Origin: an uncultured Gammaproteobacteria bacterium
GTDB taxonomy: Bacteria; Patescibacteriota; Microgenomatia; Levybacterales; UBA12049
Reading direction: 5' to 3'
DNA: 64,000 bases
Assembly (NCBI GenBank): GCA_964637955.1
Contig: CAZWXQ010000001.1
Coordinates: 223,447 to 287,446 of the forward strand
The translations under genes were made by a program, and so were the position numbers. A model generated the notes under the pieces. The model was not told the origin of the DNA. It did no database searches and was given only the letters and a program-made list of their open reading frames with translations. The number at the start of each line of letters is the position of its first letter. Position 1 is the stretch's first letter. Shown in pieces: positions 18,284 to 28,454 of the stretch.

Positions 18284-18832
18284 TTAAGATTTAGGACCTC
18301 TTCTTTTTAGGAGTTTAAGCAGGGGAAGATAGGGATTTAGGGCGTCGGAATTTTGCATGATTTGTCTTTTTGCATCACTACCAACTTTACATTTAAGCAT
18401 TCCCATCAAGGCTTGTCCAACCTGCTCAGAGGCGTTGAAAGCTCTGTCTGTAAGTATGTCTCCATGATGTCCATCAAATAGATCCTTGAGCATGGTTGTG
18501 TATAAATTTAAAATTTCGCTCAGACCTTCTCCTGGGGGATTTGGTGTATACCAAGAGTAGCAGTTATTCCATAAGCCAATTACTCTTTCGCCTCTTGATG
18601 ATGGACTCAGATCTGAGAGATTGGTCAGGTCTACACGATCCTCTTTATATGTGCCATCTAGTCCACCTTCGTATGCCATGCTTGCTCCTAAATTAAATTG
18701 TGTAGCAAGAGTAGTATTTAAAACTTTTACGATTAAAGGATGCTCTGGAATAGGAGAGATGGTAGTCGCCATAACTCTTTGATTGCCTGAATCTATAGTA
18801 TATATGCCCGGTCTTCCTTCATATTCAATCAT
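18284..18832 (-). CDS. hypothetical protein
   Basis: 182 aa. Minus-strand TTGTTT-N17-TATAAT sits 8 nt before the ATG. Moderately acidic, GC-richer than the core genes. Confidence 0.4.
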   Translation of the reverse strand: MIEYEGRPGIYTIDSGNQRVMATTISPIPEHPLIVKVLNTTLATQFNLGASMAYEGGLDGTYKEDRVDLTNLSDLSPSSRGERVIGLWNNCYSWYTPNPPGEGLSEILNLYTTMLKDLFDGHHGDILTDRAFNASEQVGQALMGMLKCKVGSDAKRQIMQNSDALNPYLPLLKLLKRRGPKS

Positions 18833-18940
18833 AATCAGGTATTATAGTCACTTAATTACTCATAAACAAGCCTTAACTATCAAATTATTCATAATCCTAT
18901 AGTTGAAGTTTGTTTTTAATTTCTATATAATTCCTCAGTT

Positions 18941-19879
18941 ATGATTGAAGCTCTAGAAAGAGAATTGGTTCCTCCTGAAAAACCTAGATTTTGGTGGGGA
19001 GAAGACTTAGTTTCTGCAGGATACGAGCAAACAGTTTTTGGTTCAAGTGAAACAACTGAAATTGCTGTTTTTCCTCAGGGGGACAGTTTTCCGACTGATG
19101 GAAAAATCCTTGGAACATCAATTGCGACTAAAAGCAGAATTGCACAATGGGGTGGCGAGGTGGTTCAGAGTGGAGTTGTAAAAATTGCGCAGGCCAGCGA
19201 AGAATCACAGACGCTCCAATATCAAAAAGAAGCTAGGGTTCTAATGAAAAGTCATACTGGAAATAATCTTATAATTCCTCCGAATACGCCATTATTTGGT
19301 TTGTATTCTCAAGGACCAGCTATAGTTGGAGAAGAGTTATATGAAATGGTGGGAAGCGGTAAGGACATTGATATTGAGGGAAAGAGAGGAAGGGCATGGG
19401 ATTTTGTATATGAAAATCCATATAAGAAAAAAGTTGAAGAAATTATCGGTATCGCAAATGAAATCGATAATACTAATAGATGGTATATTCCAAGAGGAAT
19501 AGATTTGAACCTAAAAGATTTGACAAATGCAGGTAGGGATTATAGAAAAGTAGTAAACCGTCCATATGTCGATGTCAAAAGAGGTGAGGCTACAGATATT
19601 TGGTTTGGTGAGCTTCGTGGACTTAAGTTGAGCCGCAGGGTGGCAATTGAAATCGCTAAGCCAATTGTGCCAAAGCTAGCTGTGGCTGCAGATGTTAAAA
19701 AAATGGAAGAGCAAAGAATTTATCCGAATGGAAGACATATCGGAGCAAGGCTTCTTCATCCAGGGTCAGGATTAAATAATCCTGAAGGCTGGCCAATACG
19801 AGTTGAAATTGATACAAGAGGTTCAGTTCAAAAACCAGGAGCTGTTATTTTCCGTGTTATGCGTGCAGAGACTATTTAG
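18941..19879 (+). CDS. hypothetical protein
   Basis: 312 aa, divergent from 18284-18832. TATAAT lies 9 nt before the ATG. Confidence 0.4.
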   Translation: MIEALERELVPPEKPRFWWGEDLVSAGYEQTVFGSSETTEIAVFPQGDSFPTDGKILGTSIATKSRIAQWGGEVVQSGVVKIAQASEESQTLQYQKEARVLMKSHTGNNLIIPPNTPLFGLYSQGPAIVGEELYEMVGSGKDIDIEGKRGRAWDFVYENPYKKKVEEIIGIANEIDNTNRWYIPRGIDLNLKDLTNAGRDYRKVVNRPYVDVKRGEATDIWFGELRGLKLSRRVAIEIAKPIVPKLAVAADVKKMEEQRIYPNGRHIGARLLHPGSGLNNPEGWPIRVEIDTRGSVQKPGAVIFRVMRAETI

Positions 19880-19882
19880 CAA

Positions 19883-20116
19883 TTGACAATTCATGATTTA
19901 AGACATATATTCGGATTTGTGGAAAAATTTACTAAGACTGTTTCAGAAGCTATATTAAGTCTTCCACCTTCCCCTTTTATTGCTGGAGAACAAATGGCTG
20001 CGCTTGTAAAAATTAAAAAGCCGAAGGATCCAAAAGTTTTACGTGTAGATTCTGAAGTTGAATTAAGTTCTGTAACAATTGTTGTACCTAAAAAGGCGCA
20101 GCTACAGGGAATTTAA
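19883..20116 (+). CDS. doubtful small ORF (needs a TTG start)
   Basis: 77 aa. Its only in-frame start at this position is TTG. Confidence 0.2.
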   Translation: MTIHDLRHIFGFVEKFTKTVSEAILSLPPSPFIAGEQMAALVKIKKPKDPKVLRVDSEVELSSVTIVVPKKAQLQGI

Positions 20117-20665
20117 ATGAAAAGTTTTTATGCGAAAGATCGAGGCCAATGGCGTGATTGGTTAGCCGCAAATCATGATAAGGAGGCTGAAATTTGGCTA
20201 ATCTATTATAAAATAGCCTCTGGAAAACCATTCGTGAGCTATAATGACGCAGTTGAAGAAGCGATTTGTTTTGGGTGGATTGACTCCACTCAGCGCCCAA
20301 GAGATAGCGAAAGCTATATGCAGAGATTTAGTCCACGAAAAGATTCTAAAAATTGGTCTGAATTAAATAAAGAAAGATCAAGAAAATTAATTAAGAATAA
20401 GCAAATGACTCCGTTTGGTTTAAAAATGTTAGAAGGAATTGATCTTTCATATCAGCCAATTGTTTTATCATCCGAAATTGAAGCTGCTTTAAAATCAGAT
20501 TCAGAAGTATGGACAAATTGGAATAAATTTGATCATGTATATCAAAGGCTTCGTATAGGCTATATTTTAGAAGGTAAACGTCAGGGAAAAGAAGAGTTCG
20601 ATCGACGACTTAATTCATTTATTAAAGCTACTAAGAAAAATAAAAAGATCGGGACAATCATTTAG
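20117..20665 (+). CDS. YdeI/OmpD-associated (OmdA) family protein
   Basis: Pattern W..WL..NH.....IW......G....SY.DAVEEAICFGWIDS......QRFSPRK..S.WS is typical of PF13376. Confidence 0.6.
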   Translation: MKSFYAKDRGQWRDWLAANHDKEAEIWLIYYKIASGKPFVSYNDAVEEAICFGWIDSTQRPRDSESYMQRFSPRKDSKNWSELNKERSRKLIKNKQMTPFGLKMLEGIDLSYQPIVLSSEIEAALKSDSEVWTNWNKFDHVYQRLRIGYILEGKRQGKEEFDRRLNSFIKATKKNKKIGTII

Positions 20666-20792
20666 GTTGTTTTAGCTCGAAAGGTCTAGTATTTAAAGAC
20701 TGGGAAGGACTTATGACAGGTGTATATATAAAAACTTTATTTTTTGCCTTTATCTATTGACAAAGAATTTCATTAGATCTACTTTATAATTA

Positions 20793-22295
20793 ATGAGGAA
20801 ATTAATTTTTTCTGCTTTTTCGATTATTTTTCTAGCTTTAGTTTTTGTTCCTGATAGCTTGGCTGCAACTACTTCAACCCTTCTTCCAACAGCTGATGGA
20901 GCATACTCTCAATTCACACCAAAAAGCGGATCAGTACATTACACTCAGGTAGACGAGGCATCATGTAATGGAAATACTGATCATAATAGAACTACAGTAG
21001 TTGGATCAAGAGACTCTTATATTGTTTCACTGTCTTCGATACCAAATAATTCTACGATAACTCAAATATCATTAACTCCTTGCGCGTCAAGAAATTCAAC
21101 TGGTGGTGTAAATCCTCAATTAGATTTATTTTATCGATTAAATGGTGTTAATAGTGCAGATGCGGGCGCATATTCACTTACCGGCACAGCTCCGATTGAT
21201 TTATTATCAACAAATTTTTCAGGGCTTTCGATTGTAAAAACTGTTTCAACAACTCTTGAAGTAGGAGCAGTCTTAACTTCAAGTACAAAGGGGGTAAAGC
21301 TAGGTAGATTAGCGACTGTTATAACTTATACTCTTCCCTCACCAACTGCAACTACAAGTAGCGCTACGAATGTAATGACTAGCGGATCATCTTCATCAGC
21401 AACTCTTAATTCTATAGTCAATCCAAATGGAGTAAGTACTAGTGTATTTTATCGTTATGGTTTATCAAACGTAGAATGTAGTTCTTTGACTTCATCAACA
21501 AGCGCTGTTGCCATTGGATCTGGAACTTCTAGTGTTAGTCCTAATGCAACCAGCGTAGGGTCTCTTAACCCCGCTACCACATATTATTTCTGTGCTGTTG
21601 GGACGAGTGCAAGTGGAACTTCATATGGAAATGTACTTTCGTTCGTTACTCCTGGTTCAGCTCCGACAGTTACGACTAATACTGCAACAGATTTATCTAC
21701 GAACTCAGCGATTCTTAATTCGACCGTTAATCCAAACGGAGTCTCGACTTCAGTGAGTTACAAATATGGTACTGTAAATACAACTTGTGATTTACTTTCC
21801 TCATCGACAAGCGCAACTGCTATTGGATCAGGAACATCTGATTTAACGCCTAATGCGAAAAGTGTTGGGTCACTAAGTCCTTCTACTGCATATTATTTCT
21901 GTGCAGTGGGAACTAGCTCAAGTGGCACAGCATACGGTAATGTAATTTTATTTACAACTTCTGCTCTTCCAATTGCTCCGACTGTTACCACAAATGATGC
22001 TACCGAGTTGGCTGTAGTTGGTTCATCTGCTTCGGCAAGTTTAAATTCAACAGTTAACCCTAACGGCACTAGTACAACTGTTAGATATAGATATGGTACT
22101 ATAAATACTGCTTGCAGTGCTTTGGGTAATCAGACCTCAGTAGTCAATATTGGTTCAGGAAGTCTAGATGTTTCTCCCAACACTAGGTCTATTGGTTTTT
22201 TGCCAAAAAATACAACTTTCTATTTCTGTGCAGTAGCAGCCAATTCTGTTGGAACTACATACGGAAATGTCCTCTCCTTTACAACTCTCCCATAA
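20793..22295 (+). CDS. secreted protein with an N-terminal signal peptide and three tandem Fn3-like repeats
   Basis: Signal peptide FLALVFVPDSLAA. Three ~100-aa repeats share NPNG.ST...Y.YG...C...IGSG......YYFCAV.....GT.YGNV. Likely cell-surface protein. Confidence 0.6.
   Translation: MRKLIFSAFSIIFLALVFVPDSLAATTSTLLPTADGAYSQFTPKSGSVHYTQVDEASCNGNTDHNRTTVVGSRDSYIVSLSSIPNNSTITQISLTPCASRNSTGGVNPQLDLFYRLNGVNSADAGAYSLTGTAPIDLLSTNFSGLSIVKTVSTTLEVGAVLTSSTKGVKLGRLATVITYTLPSPTATTSSATNVMTSGSSSSATLNSIVNPNGVSTSVFYRYGLSNVECSSLTSSTSAVAIGSGTSSVSPNATSVGSLNPATTYYFCAVGTSASGTSYGNVLSFVTPGSAPTVTTNTATDLSTNSAILNSTVNPNGVSTSVSYKYGTVNTTCDLLSSSTSATAIGSGTSDLTPNAKSVGSLSPSTAYYFCAVGTSSSGTAYGNVILFTTSALPIAPTVTTNDATELAVVGSSASASLNSTVNPNGTSTTVRYRYGTINTACSALGNQTSVVNIGSGSLDVSPNTRSIGFLPKNTTFYFCAVAANSVGTTYGNVLSFTTLP
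21340..22295 (+). repeat. three tandem ~310-bp coding repeats (Fn3-like modules)
   Basis: Protein-level periodicity is clear. DNA copies have diverged (estimated 60-70% identity by eye). Confidence 0.6.
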
Positions 22296-22345
22296 ATTAA
22301 AACTTATAGTTTGATTTTTGATTTCCTAGCTTGTAAAATATAGCT

Positions 22346-22885
22346 ATGACTGTAGATACAAGACCTGATCAAATGAATTTTGGTCTTCTGGATCCCGGAA
22401 ATATCGATCTTGATCCTGAAGTAATTGAGCATAGGCGTATTCAAGTTATTATTAATGGTGCAGTAATGGGACTTGATAATCCCAATATTCCAAATAGACT
22501 TTTGATGGATTCAGATCCATTGCCTACTATCACATATGATGAGATTAAAGATTATGGTGCATTTCTTCATGAAACAGAGGGTGGAAATAAGATTTTAGTT
22601 GTGACGCAAAATCCAGACGCATTAAAATCTCCAGAAGTAGTGCTCACAGAATTAAGAGAAAGAGCGGCAAGAAGGATAAATGGCATTGGAAGACTTACTT
22701 TTTTAAGAGCAGGAGAGGTGATGCCTCAGCTAGAGCGAGATAAGGGTAATGCTGGGACTTTGTTAAAAGAAACGAAAAGATTTGGTAGGGATAGTGGACA
22801 TGAGTATTTGGGCACGGTTCAAATTATGCAGGCTGCAGCTGGAGAAATGCCTTTTGTTCCTTACTTACCCCCTGTACAAAAATAA
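22346..22885 (+). CDS. hypothetical protein
   Basis: 179 aa acidic ORF; the last gene of the rpsG|fusA island. Confidence 0.4.
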   Translation: MTVDTRPDQMNFGLLDPGNIDLDPEVIEHRRIQVIINGAVMGLDNPNIPNRLLMDSDPLPTITYDEIKDYGAFLHETEGGNKILVVTQNPDALKSPEVVLTELRERAARRINGIGRLTFLRAGEVMPQLERDKGNAGTLLKETKRFGRDSGHEYLGTVQIMQAAAGEMPFVPYLPPVQK

Positions 22886-22970
22886 ATAAACTTAATCTTC
22901 TAGATTCTAAGAAAAATTTATGGTATACTCATTTAGCTTCCAATTGGGAAGCTTTTTTAAAGATTAAACT

Positions 22971-25106
22971 ATGGCAGATTCAGCAAACAGACATTTTGAT
23001 TTAGCAAAAATCCGAAACATCGGAATTATCGCGCACATTGATGCGGGAAAGACTACTACTACCGAGCGCATTCTTTACTACACAGGAAAAACCCATAAGA
23101 TTGGTGATATCGACGAAGGAAATACAGTCATGGACTGGATGAAGGAAGAAAGAGAGCGCGGAATTACTATCGTTTCTGCTGCTACTACAGCATTTTGGTC
23201 TCCAACAGATGGTTCTCAAAAAGGAATTGAACACAGATTTAATATCATCGATACTCCTGGTCACGTAGACTTTACAGCTGAAGTTGAGCGTTCGCTTCGT
23301 GTTCTCGATGGTGGCATTACAGTTCTTGATGCAGAAGAAGGAGTACAGTCTCAGTCAGAAACTGTTTGGAGACAGGCAGACAAATATAAAGTTCCAAGAC
23401 TTTGTTTCGTTAATAAAATGGATAAGCTTGGAGCAGATTTCTTAGCTACAGTTAAGTCTATTGAAGATAGACTTGGCGCTAACACAGCTATCATGGTACT
23501 TCCAATTGGTTCTGAGCAAACATACGTTGGAAATGTAGATCTTCTTACAAGAAAAGCTATCAGATGGGGCGGAGATGAACTTGGTGCAACTTACGAAGTA
23601 AATGATGACATTCCTTCGGAAATGAAAGATCAAGTTGAAGAATATAGAAAAAAACTTATTGAGAAAATTTCAGAGACAGATGACACTCTTCTTGAAAAAT
23701 ATTTAAACGGCGAAGAATTTAGCGTAGAAGAGCTTAGAAAAGCACTTCGTGCAGCAGTTATTGCTTATAAATTAGTACCTATTTATGCAGGAACTTCTCT
23801 TAGAAACAAAGGCGTACAGCCACTTCTTGATGCTGTTGTAGAATATCTTCCTAGCCCAGTAGATCTAAAAGAAGTTGTAGGATTAAATCCAAAAACAGAA
23901 GCAGAAGAGAAAAGACTTCTTGTTGAAGATGCTCCTCTATCAGGATTAGCATTTAAAATTCAGAATGATCCACACGTAGGAAAGCTTACATTTTATAGAG
24001 TTTATTCAGGAAAAATCCAGGCTGGAAGCTATATTTATAATTCAACAAAAGATGTAAAAGAGCGTGTTGGACGACTTCTTTTAATGCATTCAAATCAAAG
24101 AGAAGAAATCCAAGAAGCATATGCAGGTGAAATTGTAGCTGTAGTTGGACTTAAAGATACTATTACCGGAGACACGCTTTGTGATGAAGCAAATCCAATT
24201 ATTCTTGAAAAAATTTCGTTCCCAGAGCCAATTATTTCACTTGCAATTGAGCCAAAAACTAAATCAGATCAGGAAAAACTAGGTTTAGCTTTGAAGAGGC
24301 TTATGGATGAAGATCCTACATTCCAAGTTAAAACTAACCATGAGACAGGTCAGACTATTATCTCAGGTGTTGGAGAATTACAGCTCGAGGTTAAAGTAAA
24401 TACTATGAAAAATGATTTCGGAGTAGAAGCAAACGTTGGAGCTCCTCAAGTAGCTTATAAAGAAACAGTAAAAACTGAAGCAACAGGAGAAGGAAAATAT
24501 ATCAGACAGTCCGGAGGACGCGGTCAATATGGTCATTGCTGGCTCAGAATTAAACCAAAACCAAGAGGAGAAGGAAATGAATTTATAGACGCTATCAAGG
24601 GTGGAGCTATTCCTGCAGAATTCGTTAAAGCTATCGAAAAAGGTATCAAAGAATCAGAGGAAAATGGAATTTACCTTGGATATCCAGTAGTAGATATGAG
24701 CGTAGAAGTTTATGATGGATCATTCCATGAGGTCGATTCTAGTGAAATGTCATTTAAAATCGCAGCAAGTAAAGCTCTTCAAGCAGCTGCACAGAACGCA
24801 GGACTTACACTTCTTGAGCCTATTATGAAAGTAGAAGTTACAACTCCAAGTGAATTCTTGGGGGATGTTATCGGAGATCTTTCAAGTAAGAGAGCTCAGA
24901 TTTCAGGCACTGAGGACAAAGGAAAAGCGACTATCATTAAAGCATTAGTTCCATTATCAGAATTATCTGGTTATGCGACAGTTCTAAGAAGTATGACACA
25001 AGGAAGAGCAACTCCGTACATGGAAGCATCACATTATGATGAAGTTCCTGCTAGTATTCAGGCTCAAATGAAAGCCGCATCTACCTTCACTGGAAGAGTT
25101 GAATAA
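22971..25106 (+). CDS. fusA: elongation factor G
   Basis: GTPase motifs AHIDAGKTT, DTPGHVDF, NKMD, plus conserved domains II-V. Confidence 0.97.
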   Translation: MADSANRHFDLAKIRNIGIIAHIDAGKTTTTERILYYTGKTHKIGDIDEGNTVMDWMKEERERGITIVSAATTAFWSPTDGSQKGIEHRFNIIDTPGHVDFTAEVERSLRVLDGGITVLDAEEGVQSQSETVWRQADKYKVPRLCFVNKMDKLGADFLATVKSIEDRLGANTAIMVLPIGSEQTYVGNVDLLTRKAIRWGGDELGATYEVNDDIPSEMKDQVEEYRKKLIEKISETDDTLLEKYLNGEEFSVEELRKALRAAVIAYKLVPIYAGTSLRNKGVQPLLDAVVEYLPSPVDLKEVVGLNPKTEAEEKRLLVEDAPLSGLAFKIQNDPHVGKLTFYRVYSGKIQAGSYIYNSTKDVKERVGRLLLMHSNQREEIQEAYAGEIVAVVGLKDTITGDTLCDEANPIILEKISFPEPIISLAIEPKTKSDQEKLGLALKRLMDEDPTFQVKTNHETGQTIISGVGELQLEVKVNTMKNDFGVEANVGAPQVAYKETVKTEATGEGKYIRQSGGRGQYGHCWLRIKPKPRGEGNEFIDAIKGGAIPAEFVKAIEKGIKESEENGIYLGYPVVDMSVEVYDGSFHEVDSSEMSFKIAASKALQAAAQNAGLTLLEPIMKVEVTTPSEFLGDVIGDLSSKRAQISGTEDKGKATIIKALVPLSELSGYATVLRSMTQGRATPYMEASHYDEVPASIQAQMKAASTFTGRVE

Positions 25107-25182
25107 TTTTATATCCACACATATACTATAGTTTATGAATCTCAATTTCGATTTTTCGAAATTTACTTTATAGAAAATTTTT

Positions 25183-26637
25183 ATGCATAAAAAATTTACT
25201 AATATAACAGAAGCTTTAAATCAAACTACTAGAAAAAGTATACGCTGGTGTACGCCATCAATTGATGTAGACAATGAAAAAGTAAAAAATATTTACGAGA
25301 GCGATATGTCGGTGTCGCTCGAAGGTTTAGGTTTTCCTACGGAACCATCAGGAATATTTCTTGAAGCATATGAAAAAGCTGCAAATGCATACGGAAGCGA
25401 CAAAACACTTTTTTCCGTAAATGGATCGACTGGTGGAAATTTTATTATTCTTAGATCACTTGCAAAGCAAATTCCCAACATTAGAATTTTAGCACAAAGG
25501 AATATACATAAATCAGTTCTTAATGCATGTCAAGATTATGGAATTAATCTTCTTTTTGTTGATGCACATATAGATTCACATCTTCAAATATTTTTACCAA
25601 ATTCTATAAAGGAAATTACTCAAGCAATTCAAAAGACAAAGCCACATGTTTTCTTAATTACGAATCCAACCTATGAAGGCTTATCAGTTGATCTTAAAAA
25701 ATTGATTAAAGCTATCCGATTAATTAATCCAAAAATAATAATTTACATTGAAGAAGCATGGGGTTCGCATCTTGTTTTTTCAGATCAACTTCCAGTTTCA
25801 GCAATGCAGGCAGGGGCCGATATTTGTGTCCAAAGTACTCATAAGCAAGGGGGATCTCTTCAGCAGGGGGCAATGATACATTGGAACGAAGAGAGAGTTG
25901 ATTCGAGTTTGCTTGTGGAGTCTTATCGAAATCTTTCTACATCAAGCCCATCATACATATTATTGGCATCAATTGATGCTTCGCGTGAACAGATGGAAAA
26001 AAATGGTGATAAGATAATTGAAAGATCTCTTAAAATTGCTAAAAAACTTTCAAATGAACTAGATTTGATTTCAGGATTTAGAGTCATTAAATTGGAAAAT
26101 TTGAAAAAGAAATCAAATTCTATTTTTGATAAAGACGAAACAAAAGTTATACTAGATGTTTCTAAATCAGGACATACAGGCTTTGAGTTATCTAAAATTC
26201 TTGAGGAGAAATACAATATCATCGTTGAAAAGTATAATGCTACGAGCATTTTGTTTTTAGTGCCATTTCAGGCAAAAGAAGATAATGTTAAAAAAACAAT
26301 TAAAGCATTAAAAGAAATAATTAATGATTTTACACCAGTTCAAAAAATAGTTATTCCGCCACTTCTTGAAATTCCTACAAATGTATCTAGAATTTTAGAA
26401 CTTGGTGAAGTTGCAAAATTATTTCAAAATCAGATCGAAAAAATTCCATTAGCTGAAGCTAAAGGGAGAATATCCGCTGAAAATATTACACCATATCCAC
26501 CTGGTATTCCAACAACTATTCAGGGGGAAGAGTTCACAGCCAAATCAATATCTTTTTATCAAAATATCCATAATTATCCAAATAGTCATGTTCTAGCTCA
26601 TGATACAACTCTCCAGACAGTTCTTGTGGTAAAGTAA
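25183..26637 (+). CDS. PLP-dependent Orn/Lys/Arg decarboxylase-family enzyme
   Basis: 484 aa. S-T-H-K (VQSTHKQGGS) PLP-lysine motif of the PF01276 major domain, with overall fold-type I architecture. Confidence 0.7.
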   Translation: MHKKFTNITEALNQTTRKSIRWCTPSIDVDNEKVKNIYESDMSVSLEGLGFPTEPSGIFLEAYEKAANAYGSDKTLFSVNGSTGGNFIILRSLAKQIPNIRILAQRNIHKSVLNACQDYGINLLFVDAHIDSHLQIFLPNSIKEITQAIQKTKPHVFLITNPTYEGLSVDLKKLIKAIRLINPKIIIYIEEAWGSHLVFSDQLPVSAMQAGADICVQSTHKQGGSLQQGAMIHWNEERVDSSLLVESYRNLSTSSPSYILLASIDASREQMEKNGDKIIERSLKIAKKLSNELDLISGFRVIKLENLKKKSNSIFDKDETKVILDVSKSGHTGFELSKILEEKYNIIVEKYNATSILFLVPFQAKEDNVKKTIKALKEIINDFTPVQKIVIPPLLEIPTNVSRILELGEVAKLFQNQIEKIPLAEAKGRISAENITPYPPGIPTTIQGEEFTAKSISFYQNIHNYPNSHVLAHDTTLQTVLVVK

Positions 26638-26644
26638 ATTTAAT

Positions 26645-27541
26645 ATGGGAATATTTTTCGCAATTCTTTCCCCTGCAATATTTGGCGTAAATAATTTCAT
26701 AGATAAATTTTTATTAGAAAAAAATAACATAAGTCCAATCGTAATGACTATTTACGGTGGTATTTTTGCTTGCGTTGCTGGATTTTTAGTATTTTTGTTA
26801 ACAGGATATTATCCAGTTGATGCAAAGTCGTTATTTATTTTAATTTCGTCAGGATTTTTAACGACAATGTATCTTTTTCCGTATTATAAAGCTCTTGATC
26901 TTGATGAGGCATCAAATGTTGTACCACTCTTTCAATTTTATCCAATATTTGTATTAATTTTAAGCCTTTTTCTTTTAAATGAGCAATTTTCTTTAATTCA
27001 ATATTTTGGATGCGCGCTTATTATTGGAGCTGGATTTTTGTTATCTGTTGAGAAAGCAGACAGAAAAATTTTCAGACTTAGAAAATCTTTCTACTATATG
27101 ATGCTCTCTTGCTTACTTTTTGCTGTTGCTCAAGTTTTATATAAATTTGGAGTAGAGGAAGTTCCTTTCTGGAACACGCTTCCATACGAGGCATTAGGAA
27201 TTGCGATTGGCGCAATTGTGGTAGCGCTATACAAGAGAAATTATAAGCAATTTATTCATGAAACAAAAAAGTTTAAAAAAAATGTTTTCGTTTATCTTTC
27301 AATAAACGAATTCGTTTATATTTTAGCTAGGTATACAGGATATTTTGCTTTGTCATTGTTAACTGTTGGAATTGTAAGTATATTAGCAGGGCTGCAGCCT
27401 TTATTTGTGTTAATTTATGGAATCATTTTGTCTATCTGGTTCCCATATATTCTTAAGGAAGTGATAACTAAAAAAACTGTGAGTTTAAAATTATTTTCAA
27501 TTCTAATAATAATTTTAGGATCTTTCTTTATTTTCTATTAA
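26645..27541 (+). CDS. EamA/DMT-superfamily transporter
   Basis: 298 aa with about 10 TM helices in two repeated halves. Confidence 0.7.
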   Translation: MGIFFAILSPAIFGVNNFIDKFLLEKNNISPIVMTIYGGIFACVAGFLVFLLTGYYPVDAKSLFILISSGFLTTMYLFPYYKALDLDEASNVVPLFQFYPIFVLILSLFLLNEQFSLIQYFGCALIIGAGFLLSVEKADRKIFRLRKSFYYMMLSCLLFAVAQVLYKFGVEEVPFWNTLPYEALGIAIGAIVVALYKRNYKQFIHETKKFKKNVFVYLSINEFVYILARYTGYFALSLLTVGIVSILAGLQPLFVLIYGIILSIWFPYILKEVITKKTVSLKLFSILIIILGSFFIFY

Positions 27542-28432
27542 TTTTTGCTTGGATTCACTATCAACTGAATCTAGAAATTTGGCAACTTCACTCATATACA
27601 GTTCAGGTTCTTCAAGATGCGCCATATGGGCACTTCTTTTAAATACGATCATCATTGATCCAGGGGTTCTTTCCTGAAAACTTTGAAGTGTGCTTGGTCT
27701 AACTTCATCATTTGCTCCACAGGTGTAAAGGACAGGGCAATTAATTTCCCCAAGTCTATCTAGTACGCTAAACCCAACAAGATTTCCTGTAGGATTATAT
27801 TCAGAATCGCCCCACATCGTTTCATAAACTGTGCTTCCGAATTCTTCTTCTGCCTCAGCGATCACAGGAAGGTTAGATGCGGTTCCATATCCAAATAAAG
27901 TATCAAATGCTGATTTAAATTCATCATCTGCTTGATTTCCACTTGTCTCATGGAGAAGATTAGCTAGATCTACTGCATCTCTTCTGAAAATTTCGGTATC
28001 AATTAATGGGCTTGCAAGTACTGCGCTAGCAATCCCAGCTGGTTTGTTATCGATTAGATATTTAGCTACAACACTTGCTCCATACGAGTGTCCAAGTAAA
28101 TGAATATCTTTTACTCCAAATTTCTTTCTTAATTCAAATATTAATTTATCTAATTCTTCAACAGATCGTTCTATTGTCCAAAGCGATGGATCATCAGGTT
28201 TATCGGAATTTCCACATCCTAATTGATCGTATAATATGACTGGTCTTTCATGTTTGGTGTGCATTTCTGTTAATGGATCAAGATAGCGAGTAAATCCTGG
28301 TCCTCCATGAACAATGAGTAGGGGTGGTGTTTCTGAAGGAACTCCTATGGCTTCATACCAAACTTTACCTTTATCAAGTTGAAGAGCTCCTTCGATTCTG
28401 TCAATTTCTATTGGTCCTTCTTCAGTAGCCAT
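27515..28432 (-). CDS. alpha/beta-hydrolase, proline iminopeptidase-like (S33)
   Basis: HGGPG oxyanion motif, GHSYG nucleophile elbow, C-terminal His. Confidence 0.75.
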   Translation of the reverse strand: MATEEGPIEIDRIEGALQLDKGKVWYEAIGVPSETPPLLIVHGGPGFTRYLDPLTEMHTKHERPVILYDQLGCGNSDKPDDPSLWTIERSVEELDKLIFELRKKFGVKDIHLLGHSYGASVVAKYLIDNKPAGIASAVLASPLIDTEIFRRDAVDLANLLHETSGNQADDEFKSAFDTLFGYGTASNLPVIAEAEEEFGSTVYETMWGDSEYNPTGNLVGFSVLDRLGEINCPVLYTCGANDEVRPSTLQSFQERTPGSMMIVFKRSAHMAHLEEPELYMSEVAKFLDSVDSESKQKLIENKERS

Positions 28433-28454
28433 ATGTTAAATAAATTATGAAATA

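Noticed and set aside
19883-20116. 77-aa ORF between 18941-19879 and the YdeI-family gene as a confident gene
   Set aside because: It depends on a TTG start, has no SD and no leaderless promoter. Kept only as a low-confidence feature.
21340-22295. Diversity-generating retroelement (DGR) targeting the Fn3-repeat protein
   Set aside because: The repeats are diverged at many non-adenine positions. No template-repeat/variable-repeat pair of near-identical DNA and no reverse transcriptase gene are present.
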